Below are positions 41,901 through 55,762 of a DNA stretch of 64,000 bases, piece by piece. The translations under genes and the position numbers were made by a program. Positions within the stretch are counted from its first letter, which is position 1, and every line of letters starts with the position of its first letter. The notes under the pieces were generated by a model. It worked only from the letters and a program-made list of their open reading frames with translations, was not told the DNA's origin and did no database searches. Origin of the DNA: Anthoceros angustus (Eukaryota; Plantae; Anthocerotophyta); the NCBI GenBank assembly GCA_010909165.1, contig MU008213.1:126402-190401 (forward strand), given 5' to 3'.

Positions 41901-42540
41901 TTGAAAGAGAATTTCCACAACTTGTTTGATATTTGACACATCTCATTATTCACTTGGTGGATGATGTTGCGGTGGGCCTAAGTGTGCTTGGATGTATCCT
42001 GTGGAGGTATTTGGGGAGCGGGAAGGACACTATTAGGCAATAGCAAACCGGAGCGATGGCGAGGAGGGATATGTGAGGAGGAATCTTTCTTTGTATGCTA
42101 GTCGTACCTTAGTGAACACTATCCTCAATCGTCCCATATTTGGGCGATAAGTTCATGAAGAATGCGGGAAAGGCATTAGGCATGGGGCGCCCATACAAGT
42201 TCTGACCGAGTTGCACCAGTCCACACTTTCATCTTGGTCCACATCCAAATCTTAGACCCATTCTTGCAGTCTGAGGAGGAAGTGGAACAAGGAGTAATGG
42301 CGACCAGAATCTCTTTTTGCATGGATCCATGTTGGCGAGATTCGGGCCGTGGGAAGATTGATCCATCTCACAGCGATGTGGCTGCGATTATGGACGGGCC
42401 ATCCTTTGGGCCCCACATACAGGCACATGGCATGCAAGGAAGCCACCTTGACGATCGCGAGGGAGTCGAAGTGACCAGACGGGTGTGTTCACCGATCGTC
42501 ATGGGGGCGAGGGGCGGACTTACTATGGCCATGTCCAAGA
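38940..42540. repeat. ~1.8 kb tandem duplication spanning the inner CACTA right TIR and its flank
   Basis: CAAGAGGGAATTGG at ~38940 and ~40726; TIR plus ATC at 40012 and 41815. Confidence 0.92.
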
Positions 42541-42852
42541 AATCCTGCGGGTCTCGTTTTGAAGTGCAGACCACTCATCCACGAAGGTGAAGTGGTTCGA
42601 GTGCAATCCGCAGCCCGGATCTCCTTCGTTGAGAAGCGATCACGAGGTTTCCACCGGCGTGTTTATTATGCGTGTCAGGCGGATGATGTCGATACCCCAT
42701 TCATATGGCCAAATCAAGTGACCCGGTGTATTCTCTACATGCTGAGCAGAGAGAGGGGTGGGCATTTACGTGCCACCGCACGGGGTGGAGGAGGAAGGAG
42801 GAAGCGTGATGGACATTGTGGGCGGCATATAGGAAGTGAAGCGATCCATTGA
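41816..42852 (+). pseudogene. Outer CACTA transposase, 3' part (also present as a noisy copy at 40013-40727)
   Basis: LEREFPPNLFDILTHLIIHL, WMYP, MAEGYVREES (clearest in the 40013 copy), DTPFIWPNQV; continues directly from 26113. Confidence 0.88.
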
Positions 42853-44079
42853 AACCCTAACTATACGAAACCTCTACTACCCGCATGTATGGACACGGCT
42901 TACAAGCTCAATTACGCCTTTAGGCTAATAACAAGAGATCACGAGATAGCAGTTCGCACTATTCCGAGATGTCGGATGTTCGGAAGTCAACAACAATTAC
43001 GCTCTATGCCATCTTCTTTCCATAAAACTATCCATATCTGGCGGAAGGTGGCGACCTCGGTCATTTATGGCGGGCTTTGCCCGCCGTCTCTCCACCTTTA
43101 AGAAGGACCCACCAAGTTTGGCGCTCATCCACGACAAGCCCAAACATCGAGGCACCAGTCCATCCATGTGATTTCAAGTAAACACCTCCCCACCTCCTGC
43201 GCGCTGCAACATCAAGGCATCTGCGTCGGACTCAGTGCGGCAACCCGGTAGCTCCTTCTTAGCGATTCTTTGGGCGCGAGGCGGGCGGTGGCGCGCCCAA
43301 GCTTCGACCGGTCTGCGGATGATGCTCTCCATCTCGGAGTAAGGATCCTATTTGCGTCGCCGGTGCGTGACCATTGCCACTTTCCGCGATGCGCAAGTGC
43401 ACAAAAGCGGTGGTGGCGGAAGGTCGGCGCGGAAGGGCATAAAGCATGAAAGTGAAGAGTCGTCACCACACGAGCCTGAGCTTGCAGCGGGCCCCGGACA
43501 CGGAGTTTGGAACAATGGCCGAGGAATGGCTAACCATCGATGAATTATAGAAATGGCGCTCGCATCACGGCCGCACAGCGGGCAGGCAGCGCCCGCACAA
43601 GCGTCTGCGGGAATCAAGTTAGTGGCGGTAAAGATTTTTCATTTGCATGCACGCGCGCAACGACCCATTGCACAAGCATTTTGGTGTGTCTGCGAAACAA
43701 GTGAATGGTGAGGGGTGATGTATACGGAACACATGGACATGTACCACATCGCAATGAAGGTCATGTACCATGTATAGGTAGAAAGATGGGATCGGGAGGA
43801 TATACCCTTGGATAATGGTGTGTAATGCGAAAAACCCACGGATCTGGTACTTATTCATTCCACCCAGATGACCATATGGATGTATGGACATGGACACCAC
43901 ACACATGAAGGTCTAATGACATATATAGACAAGAGGTTGGGAGGCGGATGAATTATCCTTGGATAATGGAGCAGGATGACATACGAATAGTGTATTAATA
44001 CATTGAATATTGTAATTAATACTCGATGCTTAATTATTCCGAAATCCAAGGACGGCCGGCCTATAAATCTTTTGGCCCT

Positions 44080-44400
44080 TGTGTATGCGAAAAAACATGG
44101 ACATTTTCCATATACAGACATGAAGGTCATGTGACATATGTAGGCACGGAACCGACATGATCCTTGGCAAACCAATGATGCCACATAAATTTGTCCTTGG
44201 ATAATGGTATATACTAATACCGAGAGACAACCGGCCTATAAATGCTGGCGCGCATGTATGCGAAAAAACATGGACATTTTCCACATACAGACATGAAGGT
44301 CATGTGACATATGTAGGCACGGAACCGACATGATCCTTGGCAAACCAAATGATGCCGCATAAATTTGTCCTTGGATAATGGTATATACTAATACCGAGAA
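44080..44400. repeat. ~180-bp tandem repeat with CCTTGGATAATGG and GCCTATAAAT motifs
   Basis: TGTATGCGAAAAAACATGGACATTTTCCA block at ~44082 and ~44255. Confidence 0.8.
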
Positions 44401-44559
44401 TTAAACAAGGACAATGCTACTGCATTATGCCCGACACCCAAGGCCGACCTGCCTATAAATGGTGAGGGCCTATGCATGGAGATGGGAACGAGTCATCTCA
44501 AACGTCGCGCGGAATGGCTCAAGGACACCAAAAGTGGCGCAGACAAGGGAGGCGTAGGG

Positions 44560-45530
44560 AGGATGTGTGCTCATGACACAAAGTGAAGTTCACGGTTCCC
44601 GGATCTCCGGTGAAGTCCATGATAAGGTCGAGTTTAGTCGATTGCACGACCCGATATGTGGAGGCAGCAAAGGCATACGCCTTAGCGGAGAAGAGAGTAG
44701 GGAAAAAAAAAGCCGCAATTTTGAAGCCTCTACTGGCGGATGAAAAGGTGTGGAGGGATATTGTCACATGGGCACGGGTTGAACTCAGACAACACGGGAA
44801 CTTTTTGCCGTCGAAGGCATCGCTCGCAGCAAAGGCGAGATTGGAGAAATCCAATGGACAAGGGCCAAACCCATGGGGCCAGTGTGGACGTGCTAGCTGG
44901 GAGTTCAAGTTCCAAGAAAAGTATGGGAGAGCCCCAAGCCGCGAGATCTGAATTTGGATGCACTCCGGCCACAGCAAAATGCATGAGCGTAGGATGTGAT
45001 GAGAGGAGAACCACAGGCGGACTTTTGAAAGATCTGCGGGTCATAATAAGGGCTCACGCGATGCCAAAACCCTTGAGGCCAAAAGCGAATTCGTAAGTAA
45101 GTGTTGAATTAATTCCGATTGGATGTTGGTGCTTTAGATGAGGATGAAGGCGGTGGGGAAGAGCCGGATGGGGAGGACACATCTGGGACACAAATTCCGA
45201 GGACGAGGTGCTTGGAGGGGCGAGGGGAGAAGAAAAGTATGCGAGAAGAGGGGAAGGGCAGGTGCATGGGGATGAAGACAGGCGGGAATGGAAAAAGCGT
45301 TGGCATCTCACACTACCGCACAGTCACTAGGTGGAAGGGGCATCGACGTCAGACAACGACGATTTCCAGGAAGTGTATAGTCGTTCTCGGAGCGCGGCGA
45401 GCGGGCGCGATAGGTGGCCACGTCCTGGAAGCCGAAGGTAGAATGACGAGGGCCCGGCGTGGCGGTCAGACAAAGGCCTCGGCGTCGAAGGGAGGAGAGG
45501 CGATGTCCGAGGTGAGGGCGTCTTGATGGA
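44560..45530 (+). pseudogene. TnpA/PTTA-like ORF of the outer CACTA element
   Basis: AAKARLEKSNGQGPNPWGQCGRASWEFKFQEKYGRAPSRE; lies downstream of the transposase. Confidence 0.55.
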
Positions 45531-46358
45531 CTCATCGAGGTTTGGGCTGCACAGTTAGTTACGCACGATGTTTCTTCTCATGCACATGCTGGCGGTCATG
45601 GATGTCGTCAATGTGGAGGCACTGCAACCATCCGCGAGAGAACCAACGATGGAAAAGGCTGTGAAAGGAGCACGGACTGTCGGAATGCGAAAAGAGCCAA
45701 AGGCGCAAAAGTGTCATGGCGATAGCGATCAAATACGCCGCACGCCAGTGTAATTAGATCTGGAGGCCGCAGAAACTACAAAAACCATGAAATGTCATGG
45801 ACATGGTGCTTTGCAGTTGGTGTAACCCACAGTGTATATTGATTTTGACTTCAAGCGAAAACGCGATAGCATAAACCGTATACCTGGCCATGTGGAATGA
45901 CGCGGACATGAAGGCATACTGTCGACATACATATCGGATGTCGGAGTTGAGAGGCGTACATGGGGCCCGTAGGATGTACATGCCACATGTCCGGTGAGAG
46001 GCCATGGCGGACATGAGCCGTTGCATCCTACCGAAAAGGACGGTGTCTGTGGTGGAATGATTCGGGAATGATGGGGGATGTCGAGTGTGAATTTTGAAAA
46101 AAAACCCAATGGGTAATTAATGTGTGGACACCTCAGCCACAAACTCTGACAAAGGGTGGTACCAAACCTGACTCCAGCCCTGAAACCGGGCCTAAATTGT
46201 GTAACAAATTTTGGTGTCACGACCTTCATGTTACAAGTTTTGTAACAGATCCCCGGGGCGGGACACGACCTACTGCATGTTACAAAACCACCATAAACGT
46301 TACAAAAAACCCAAATCCCGTTATAAAACACCATAACATGGACACCTTGTTTCTAGTG

Positions 46359-47356
46359 TTTTGCCCTAGTACTGTCCGAGGCTCAAGAAACCCTTCCACC
46401 GAGGGGCCATGCGATAATAGAGGTTGGAAGGAGACCCATAAAAGGAGCGGACAAAGGGAATAAGGCTGGCCAACTGCCCACCTGCGTTCTTGAGTCTGTC
46501 GAAGATGGCCGACTGTGAGACAAAGTTGAAGGCATTCTCCACGTCGACCTGAAGAGCAACCCAATCAAGGTGGGTCTCGAGAACGCCCACCCCGTGCCAT
46601 TGCACTTGCAGCCCCCAAACAGCAATCCCAAACCATGAGGACTAAGATGTGCCCTGGAATCGCCTGAGCCGGATGGCAATACTACGCCAATAAGAGGTGA
46701 ACACCTCCCTGGCCGATAGGATGCACCCACAGGGTGGGCTTCATCGCTAACAACTGCTCGCACCCAACTGAGAGATCCGAGGAGGAGTCTCCCCCCGCCG
46801 GCACCAAGAAACAAATGAAACCGCCAGAAGGATCCTCGGGAGTAAAATGGTCCGAAGGTGGTCAGGACTGCCTGCATAAGCCACCGAGAGACGCGCAAAG
46901 GGTTAAGGCCCGATCAAGACGGCCTCATTAAAGACAAGAGCTCCGGGACAAATTTAATATCCTGTGGGCGGAGCTCCTTGGGTCCTGATGAAGGGCGCCA
47001 AGGCGAATGGTCTCTCGAGGCAGCCGCCACTGCACTGGGTGAAGAGCCCGAGCCGCCCCTAGCATATCTCCCAACGCGACTCCAAGAGGGAGGCACCGCT
47101 TGAGACGTGCTTTGCTGTGGTCCGGACGAACCCGATCCACCTTTTGCAGTAATCCAACCTGCACTGGCCTACCATTTCTCGGCCTCCTCGCAAAGCTCCC
47201 AACCCCCGCCTCTAACGACTCAAGACGGAGGCGACCTCCGATGCCCTGAAGAACCACCATGTGAGCGACGAGACACCACCGAGGGACAACAGAACAAGGC
47301 CTGTGCACTATTCCCCTGTGTCCCTGTGTAAGCATGTCCAAGGAAGGCGATAGGAA
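46359..47356 (-). pseudogene. CRE-clade non-LTR retrotransposon, RT region
   Basis: PRWCL; PIG.G; WVALQVDVENAFNFVSQSAIFDRL...LIPFVRSFYGSPSNLYY; cut near the QG motif by the CACTA end. Confidence 0.8.
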
Positions 47357-49899
47357 GAACAAGGTCTCCTTAGGGCTAGTGACACACTCCACTTTCGAGA
47401 CGGCCAAATATGTCATCAAAATTTGCACTTAAGAAAACTCGAACGTTGATTTTGAGGGTTTGTGGAAACGCCGCTAAAAATACAACACAAGACACCCAAA
47501 CCCATTCCACTTCATCAAAACTTGAAATTTATTGGCAATATTTCCACACCTCGATGTCTCATGGTTAAACAAAAGAGGCATTCGGGAGAAAAGTAGAGAT
47601 CCTTATAAATTTATGGCGGACTAGAACATTTATTTAGGCTTTATCACTTTTGGGATACATTACGACCAAAGCTACCTTTACAAGGCATATGGAAAAGTGT
47701 AGTCATGTTACACAATTGATGAGATCACTAGCGGGCTCCTTTTTGTGGGCCTTAGGTTATTCATGTAAAATACATGGAATAATATTATTCAAATATACAT
47801 CCCCAAGGTACAAAGTATATCTTGATGAATACATTTCGCTAATAAAGTATTGGAAAACCTATGGTGTAGTTCACATGTAACCGCCCCTCTAGTCCATGCC
47901 ATGTGACATTGACCGTTGGCTCATAGCCACCTGTCCGATGGACAAAACATTCCGAATCGAGGCATTCCCCAAACTCAAACCCCGTTTCCTTCACATGCGG
48001 CATCATGGCTTGCACACTAAAACTTGACATACACAAAATCATGTGATTGGTCCCCAACTCGACCCGGTGAAGCCACGAAGCATCCAACCCCTCTCCTCCC
48101 TTTCTCTTCCCCTCCGCTTCTAGTCTAGATCGCTTGCAAAAACCTAGGTAACCCACTTCACGCTCCTATCTCCAATGCTCCTCCGGTTTGCCAAGGGTGT
48201 CCCCATCACTCTACGCCACAATGAACAGCCCGTTAGTGCATGCGGCGACAACCATGCTCAACTCTCAAGCGAAAAGGTAGCAGGTAAGTGCTTACGCCTC
48301 CTCCTTCACTTCCACCCGCTCCCGCTCCCGGCGGCCTCCTCTGCAGCAACCTTCATTCGCGTGTTGCATGGACTCACGGGCATGCAAGGTCACGGAAGCT
48401 CTAAACAATTCTTTGGGGCCGGGACAGTCCTCGTGCTCTTCCTTCACCCTCCTTCCTCTCTGCGGACTGGAGTTCTGCACCCTTGTTTCGCCTCCGGGAA
48501 CCCCTCCTTCGCTATCCTATAGTCCTCTTCCAGCCCCTTGGCTTTTTCCTACCTCTGCCTGCTGGAAAATCTCGATGCCGCCACCCTCTGCATGGAAGGA
48601 GATGGCCACCATACATACCGTCTTTCCCCACCTTGCCTGCCGGAGACCCAAATGGCCTCCACACAAGTCCTGGATGGGCAACTTCCATCCTTCTCCGCCT
48701 TCGCTCGCTTTGCCTCCACATCCTCCCTTGTGATACGAGGTGGTGACTCGTAGCCACCTCTGAGTCCTCATCCGGAAGGGCTGCAGTGAAGGTTAGTTCA
48801 AGGAAGGTTGGATGGATGGGGCGTAAGGAGAGGCGGAACAAGCAGGCAAAACCGGACAGTCGGAGGTGGAAGGAGGTGGAGGAGCATGGCGTGAGGCGGC
48901 TCTCCGCGGAGGAGGGGATGGCCGTGCACAAACCACAAAGGAGGTGGAAGACAACCTCTGTGGCGGTGGAAGCAGTGGAGGACGCCCGTTTTGAGCCCGT
49001 CTTGGTACTCGTTTCACGGTGTCGTCCGTTACTGAGGCCGAGGCTGGACCCCGTCCCGTTCCACCCCATAGTCATTAGGGGCGGTCCCCCTAGAAAAAAC
49101 AAACATTGGCACTTGCTGCGGCATACCTTGCCACGGACATCCTGGCTGACCATCCTCCGGGAACACTTCGCCAAGGTCGAACATAGATGACGCATGATCA
49201 CCATTGAAACCTCGCGGCTGACTCTCAAGCTGGACAAAACCACGGAACATTGTTAGAAAATTAGAGCACCACATTGCTGGGATCGGTTTCGACATAGTCG
49301 CCGTTACATGCTCCGGACATTATCACCGTCAACTTCCTACAAGCGGAGATGATGCCGGTGGCAAGTTTAAACCTTTCACGAAAAGGCGAAAACAATCCGC
49401 ATTCAAGCGGGGACATAACGGTCTACAAGGCGGAAAGTTGACAATATTAGGTTGCCTCTTGTCGGCTCCTCTCCGAGTCCAGACCATCCGGTGGTCCACC
49501 ACCACGTCTGTGGACTCATCCGTTGATTCCACATTGTCGAGGTCTTCCGAGTCAATCATGTCTTGAGCATGACATTCGTGTCGGTGGCGGAAGTCTCGCG
49601 GTTCATGGCTCGACGCAACTCAAAGACTTTGGTCTTTATCGCTTCATTGTCCTGCAACGTCTTGTTCCTTGTGTGAAATCATAGGCACATTTGTCTGGGA
49701 AGTTGAGGCTTTGCAAATGCTTCTCGACGCCCTCTGCCTCCATTCTTTGATCGCACTTTTTCCCTCGACGGTGGGCGCTTGTATCACAAACTCCTCCATG
49801 TACCTTCCTCGAATGCATCATTGTTCTCTGTCCGCCACCAATGAACTATCATGAAAGGGACCCCGGCATCATGGTCCACCTCCACCACTTTTGCGAGCC

Positions 49900-52800
49900 G
49901 AATGGTGCGCCCTGGATCATCCCGGCTTGACAGCAACCATCATTCCCTCCTCAATCTCCTTCACACAACCTCGACGAGCCTCGCCTTGCCCTCCCTCCGC
50001 GCCCGATGTGCCCCCTGTACACCTCCACCATGTCCAAAAATCCGTCGCCATTGCGGATCAACCAAAGTTGAGTCTGGAGGGTCTCTGGTGGTACCTTTTC
50101 TTCATCGCGAGTGTACCAAGACCATTCTCTCCAACGGAATGGAATGCCCTAGTCTCTCTTGCTACTGTTCATCCCGAGCGTATCCCACCATGCTAGTTGC
50201 TCCACATTCATATATATGCTGCGTGCGTCTAGGCCGCTTTTACTTCATGGACTCCCACTACACTACCACTCATCTGGAGACTATCGTCATTGACGGACGG
50301 GCATCCCGTTTTGCTTGTCCCTTTCCTTTACCTTGGGCATGTGATGGGACCAACGGCAACAATGGGAGCCACAATCACCCGTGGTGGCACCCTGAGCGTA
50401 ATAGCACACCACCCTCGTGACGATGATCGAACTTGAAAACTCCTTGCATCTTAGCGATCACGTCCTCTCCATGCGACTTCTCCTTGTTATTTTGAAGGTG
50501 TTGAAAAGCTGATTATGCAAGTCATACGTTGCGATCCCCTTTCGCCATAGATAGGTCTTGAAGTCCGCACCTCCTTGATATGTGAATCTGCGGTGATGGG
50601 GTGTCGCCGCTCCGGACCCTATCATTTCGGCGGTGAAAGCATCCTTCAACCCTAGCACAAGAACCTCGAAAACATTTGGTCAATCGATCGTGGGTATGGC
50701 CAACAAGAAGAAACCCCACCTTGATTTTTTGAAGATACCTTCGCCACAAGCATGGACGGATATGCCAATACCTCCATTCTTGTTTTGAGCAGTGTTGTCC
50801 ATCGCAAGTATAGAAGAGCGGCCCCTCCGGTATTGATAACATCTTTGAATCACGGCTCTGATTCCATTCGGATCATTTCTCACATTCGAAACTCAAATAC
50901 ACTCAGTGCGCACCAAGTAGTTGAACACCACACCTAGAACGTGAAGCCCGACAAGGGCTCCGGAATCAACCGTCTTTGGCAATCTGCGGTAATGGGGCAA
51001 CTCTGTTTTTGGTCCATACCATCTATGGCAATACCAATGAACTTAGCCGCGCACTTGTCGGTGCGCGCCATTTTCGCGCTCCTTCATTGTTGTTCTCTGT
51101 GGAGTCTGGCGGCTCCACATTCTTGTGCACTGCGCAACAATAAGGCGTCGACAATGTGCACACGGTTTGTTTCAAGCCCGCCTTCATTCGCAAGAAAATG
51201 AGGCCATGGGGTTGCGCCAAAGTTCGGTGGACATCCGGTGACCGCTGGAATAAGGACCGCCATCTCACCTTATGCGTGGTCCGACCCTCGTCTTTTATTT
51301 TCCTCTTTAGGTCATCGCGATGCAGTGGCCAGACTGCGTGGTATTTTAACAGGAAATACTTCATCCAAAGCTTGCAAAAGTATCGTAACAAGCGTGGGAG
51401 CACATCTGTGCACACCATACTCAATGAAGATCTCCTCTTTCGTGTACAGTCGGCAAGTTGAAGACTTCCCGATTCGATCTTTCCACGACCTTTGAAGAAA
51501 AGCGTCCATCCACATGATGTAATCCATATGGCGTTGGCTGCTGCGACCGTAGCCTACGGTCCATCTAACATTTTCACTACCACCGGTTTGCATTCTTGTA
51601 TCTTAGTGACCCAATGCAAAACCCGAAAAGCCCTCACACACACTGTTTCTTCCCATGTGGAATCCGGTTTATCCATACTATGGGCAACAACTCCTCTTCG
51701 TCTTGATCGGATCCGGATGGTCTTGCAAATGCTGTTCACCTCTCCTTTTGTCATGCGGAAGAATGCTACACGAATCACCTTCAATTTGAATGGCCAACAC
51801 GCTCTAACATTTTTGTCACAACAATGCCGCTTTAAATCGGCGCACAACTTGGCCTGGAACAATGCTTCTCTAAGACCAAATCCATTCTAGCTCGGCGGAG
51901 GTACTTTACGCTTAGCAACGTGCGGCTCGTTGCGCAAATCCTCACCTTTTGGCCGGATGTGCGAGGCATCATCTCGAGCAACTCAACTGGATGGCATCAC
52001 AATCACCAAACAAAGATCCGGGACCACGGACCACATTAGCTCTTGGGCGACTCCCGGTACTTGCAACTCCGCCATCACCCGCGATATTGTTTCCAAGCCA
52101 AGCCCAAAATCAACAATCTGTGGATCTTCTCACCAAAGTCCGGAGACTACGCACTCTCCGAGTCTTGCCCGGTGTTCTGCACAGTGTAGCACATTCTCGA
52201 TAGTATTCACAGGACCGCCCACGGCATCCGGGCCGACCTTGTCGCCGGGTCCGTGTTATCCGGTTTGCCCAATGCGCCGGTACATCTTCGCGATGCGCCG
52301 CCATGATCTGAAGAAGTCCGGATGGATGGTGCAGTCGCCTCTCGTGGTGGCACGGTCGCCTGCGTCGCGTCTGCGTCGAGCACCGGACATCCGGTTAAGC
52401 GTGCCGAGCTCCTCTTGTGCGATCCTCTCGCCTCACGCCATGCAGGATCGTCTGGAAAAAGGTCCCCATCGGCGGCAACCATATCCTCCGTTCCCCTCCA
52501 TATCGGAACACGCGCCGTCGCCCGCTCTCCACCGTTGTGAAATGTCGCTTTCACCGGTCTCTTCAAGGACTATGCTGTCGGCGGCCGCCATAGCATGAAT
52601 CATCCTCTAAAACTACGACGCGGGGTTGTGCGGGCATCTGTCCTGAGATCAACAATTGAGTCGTCGGACTCATGGCCACCGATTCGGAATGCATCGACCC
52701 GCCCGGCTTTGCAAAATCGAACACGCCTTGCCGCTGCCGTTGGCCATTGCTCTCACGGAGGCGTGGCGTCCGGGAGGAGGAGGGATGCGCAAGGTGGATG

Positions 52801-52900
52801 AGAAGTGGATGCGCAAGACTCGATACAATTCGCGGGCCTGCGTAAAAACTAAATGCGGCAATGAAGTCGAGGTGCCCACTTTGCGGTAGGAAGCGGTACA
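49900..52900 (-). pseudogene. Sola1-like DDD/E transposase (frameshifted; 5' part duplicated at 53226-54412)
   Basis: CCDKN, VCVRAFRVLH, GMDQK, MDNTAQNKN, IKVGFLLVGHTHD; ends approximate; superfamily assignment from recalled motifs. Confidence 0.75.
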
Positions 52901-54412
52901 TGTCAGGTACCTAGTCGGTGGATCTTGAATCACTCTAGGTGCCCATCGTTATGCCACCGAACACTATTTTAGTGGCATAACTATACCTTAGAATATGCTC
53001 AAATTTGCATTGCCACATTAGCGGGACAATGGCAAAACACGTGACGACAAAGCATTTAAGGAGTTGCTTGATTACTGAGCACTTGCCTGTGTCTTCCTTC
53101 ATGGCCTTCTTCCCCTTTACGGATGGTATAGATTCATTCTCGCTTTGGCGGGAAGATGTGTATTTCCATCTAGCTTATGTGGCGGGAAAAGCAAGAGATT
53201 GCTTTGGAGAAAGCAGGTCGTTCTCATCACCCGCGATATTGTTTCCAAGCCAAGCCCAAAATCAACAATCTGTGGATCTTCTCACCAAAGTCCGGAGACT
53301 CGCAACACTCTCCAGTCTTGCCCGGTGTTCACACTGTAGCACATTCTCGATAGTATTCACAGGACCCGCCCCGCATCCGGGCCGACCTTGTCGCCGGCGG
53401 CGTCCGGTGTTATCGGGGTTTACGCCCGTCGCCCGGTAGTACATCTTCGCGATGCGCCGCCTGGTGATCGAAGAAGTCCGGATGGATGGTGCGGTCTCGT
53501 GGTGGCACGGTGGGCCTGCGTCGCGGCGTCTGCGTCGAGCACCGGACATCCGGTTAAGCGTCTGCGAGCTCCTCTTGTGCGATCCTCTCGCCTCACGCCG
53601 TGCAGGATCGTCTGGAAAAAGGTCCCCATCGGCAACCATATCCTCCGTTCCCCCTCCATATCGGAACACGCGCCGTCGCTCTCCACCGTTGTGAAATGCT
53701 TTCACCGGTGTCTCTTCAAGGACTATATGCGGCCGGCCATAGCATGAATCATCCTCTAAAACTACGGCGGGGTTGTGCGGGCATCATCGGCGAGATCAAC
53801 AATTGAGTCGTCGGACTCATGGCCACCGTTCGGAATGACATGCATCGACCGCGGCACGAAATTTCAAAATCGAACACGCCTTGGCGTCGGCTGCTGTCGT
53901 TGGCCATTGCTCTCACGGAGGCGGCGTGGCGTCAGGAGGAGGAGGAGGGATGCGCAAGGTGGATGAGAAGTGGATGCGCAACTCGATACAATTCGCGGGC
54001 TTCGTGCGAAATAAGCCGCACTAAATCGGCAATGAAGTCGAGGTGCCCACTTTGCGGTAGGAAGCGGTAAGTGTCTGTTGCTAGTCGGTGGATCTTGAAT
54101 CACTCTAGGTGCCCATCGTTATGCCACCGAACACTATTTTAGTGGCATAACTAGCATATACCTTAGAATATGCTCAAATTTGCATTTGCCACATTAGCGG
54201 GACAATGGCAAAACACGTCGCCGGCGACAAAGCATTTAAGGAGTTGCTTGATTCTGAGCACGCCTTGCCTGTCTTCCTTCATGACCCCACCTTCCCCTTT
54301 ACGGATGGTATAGATTCATTCTCGCTTTGGCGGGAAGATGTGTATTTCCATCTAGCTTATGTGTGGCGGGAAAAGCAAGAGATTGCCATTTGGAGAAAGC
54401 AGGTCGTTCTCA
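52075..54412. repeat. ~1.15 kb tandem duplication
   Basis: CATCACCCGCGATATTGTTTCCAAGCC at ~52073 and ~53225. Confidence 0.93.
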
Positions 54413-54419
54413 CACCCGC

Positions 54420-55762
54420 ACTTTGTCCATCGGTAGGCGGCTGCGGATATCGGACCATCGACCTCCTCATCAGCTGCAGTTCTGTTGCTCGAGGGTGCAG
54501 TGGGCTAGTAAATGCAGCATCAACATCAACTCCCGCAGGCATCCGTGTTCGAGAAGTTGCAGCTCATGCAGTGTCGACTTTTAACAATCTAAACACTTCG
54601 TGATCTCACTTCTTTCATAGTTGCATAAATGGCTCCTCAAGGGCTCAAGCGGAAGAATGACTCCAACAAATCGCGGGGCCTCCGGTGGAGAAAAAAGGCG
54701 CGGAAGGAGCAGACTCACGGGCCTTGAGCAGGCGGCAGGCCCGGACCCAGCCGGACTCCAAGGACAACTCAAGCTGCGCCACGCGGGTCTTTCCACAAGA
54801 GCATCCCGCCAAGGCATCTTTCCGAGTCCTTACAAGCGGTCCGATATTGACTTGATCCACGGATGTACAAGATGATCTCGCCATTTGACATTACAAAGAG
54901 AAGTTGGACGGTGCAACAGCAATCAAGACTTGCTCTTCTTGTATGTGTCGATGGAGGATGATGCGAACCACACCAGCCAAAAGAAATGTGCGGGGATTGT
55001 TTTCCGCGATCCATGAAGGATGAGCGGTGTACATATTCTTGATCCGGCTCAAGCACAAGGAGCCTCTTAAATGCGGACCCGCAATGGATTAGAGTATCTG
55101 ATCTGCGGTGAAGAACTTTGACATTGTGGCGTGCCAACCGAGGAAAAGGCAAGAACTTTTGGAGGCATTGCGACACGGTGATGGACATCGTGTCTTCCAC
55201 AAGGCTTTGCACCAATGTTTAGAAGGTGTGCGGGATGATGCATTGCTTACATCGAAAGGGCATCTTGTTGCGAGAAGGCCCCTAGCATGGCATCTGCGGT
55301 GGAAATCAAATGGCAACTCCTAGTGCGGAATGGGATCGAGCAAATCCATCTGCAGCAGTCGTTGGCAACCGCCAGCGATATGCATGATCTGCAGTGAAGC
55401 GCAACAAAAGGTGGTGGCACAAAATATAATTCCATGGGACACGTTTGACAACTAGTTTGCGAAATGAAAGCTTCTTGGTAAGAGGGTTGCGGGCCACGGA
55501 CGTCCGGTGCTTGAGTCCAACAGCAGTCCGCCACACTCCAGCGGGTTTTTCCTAGCCCATGGCCGCGATGATGTCACCCTAACCTCTCTAGCCAAGCGAA
55601 GGCGAAGATGAGGATGCGGGTGGGGACCGGGACAATGAGGGGTTTGGCGATGGCATTGGGCGATGGCCCGGCCGGTGGATCATATCCGGGCACGACGAAG
55701 CGTGGAAGATGACGATGGGGCGAGGTGGATGCAACGGACGGGATTTGGGTCATCCATGGCAC
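54420..55762 (-). pseudogene. JAB/MPN-like domain protein (possibly two tandem domains)
   Basis: Across frameshifts: RILIF...DII..WARKNPLECGGLLL, GFARSHS, LISTADAMLGAFSQQ; a second weaker FGWCGSHH...SID at ~54940-54990. Confidence 0.45.

Larger units (their letters stand above)
24170..46358 (+). mobile_element. Outer CACTA element (left end not identified; right TIR at 46358)
   Basis: Ends CCTTGTTTCTAGTG (reverse complement CACTAGAAACAAGG) after subterminal TGTTAC/GTAACA repeats at 46195-46340; carries a split transposase and a TnpA-like ORF. Confidence 0.75.
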
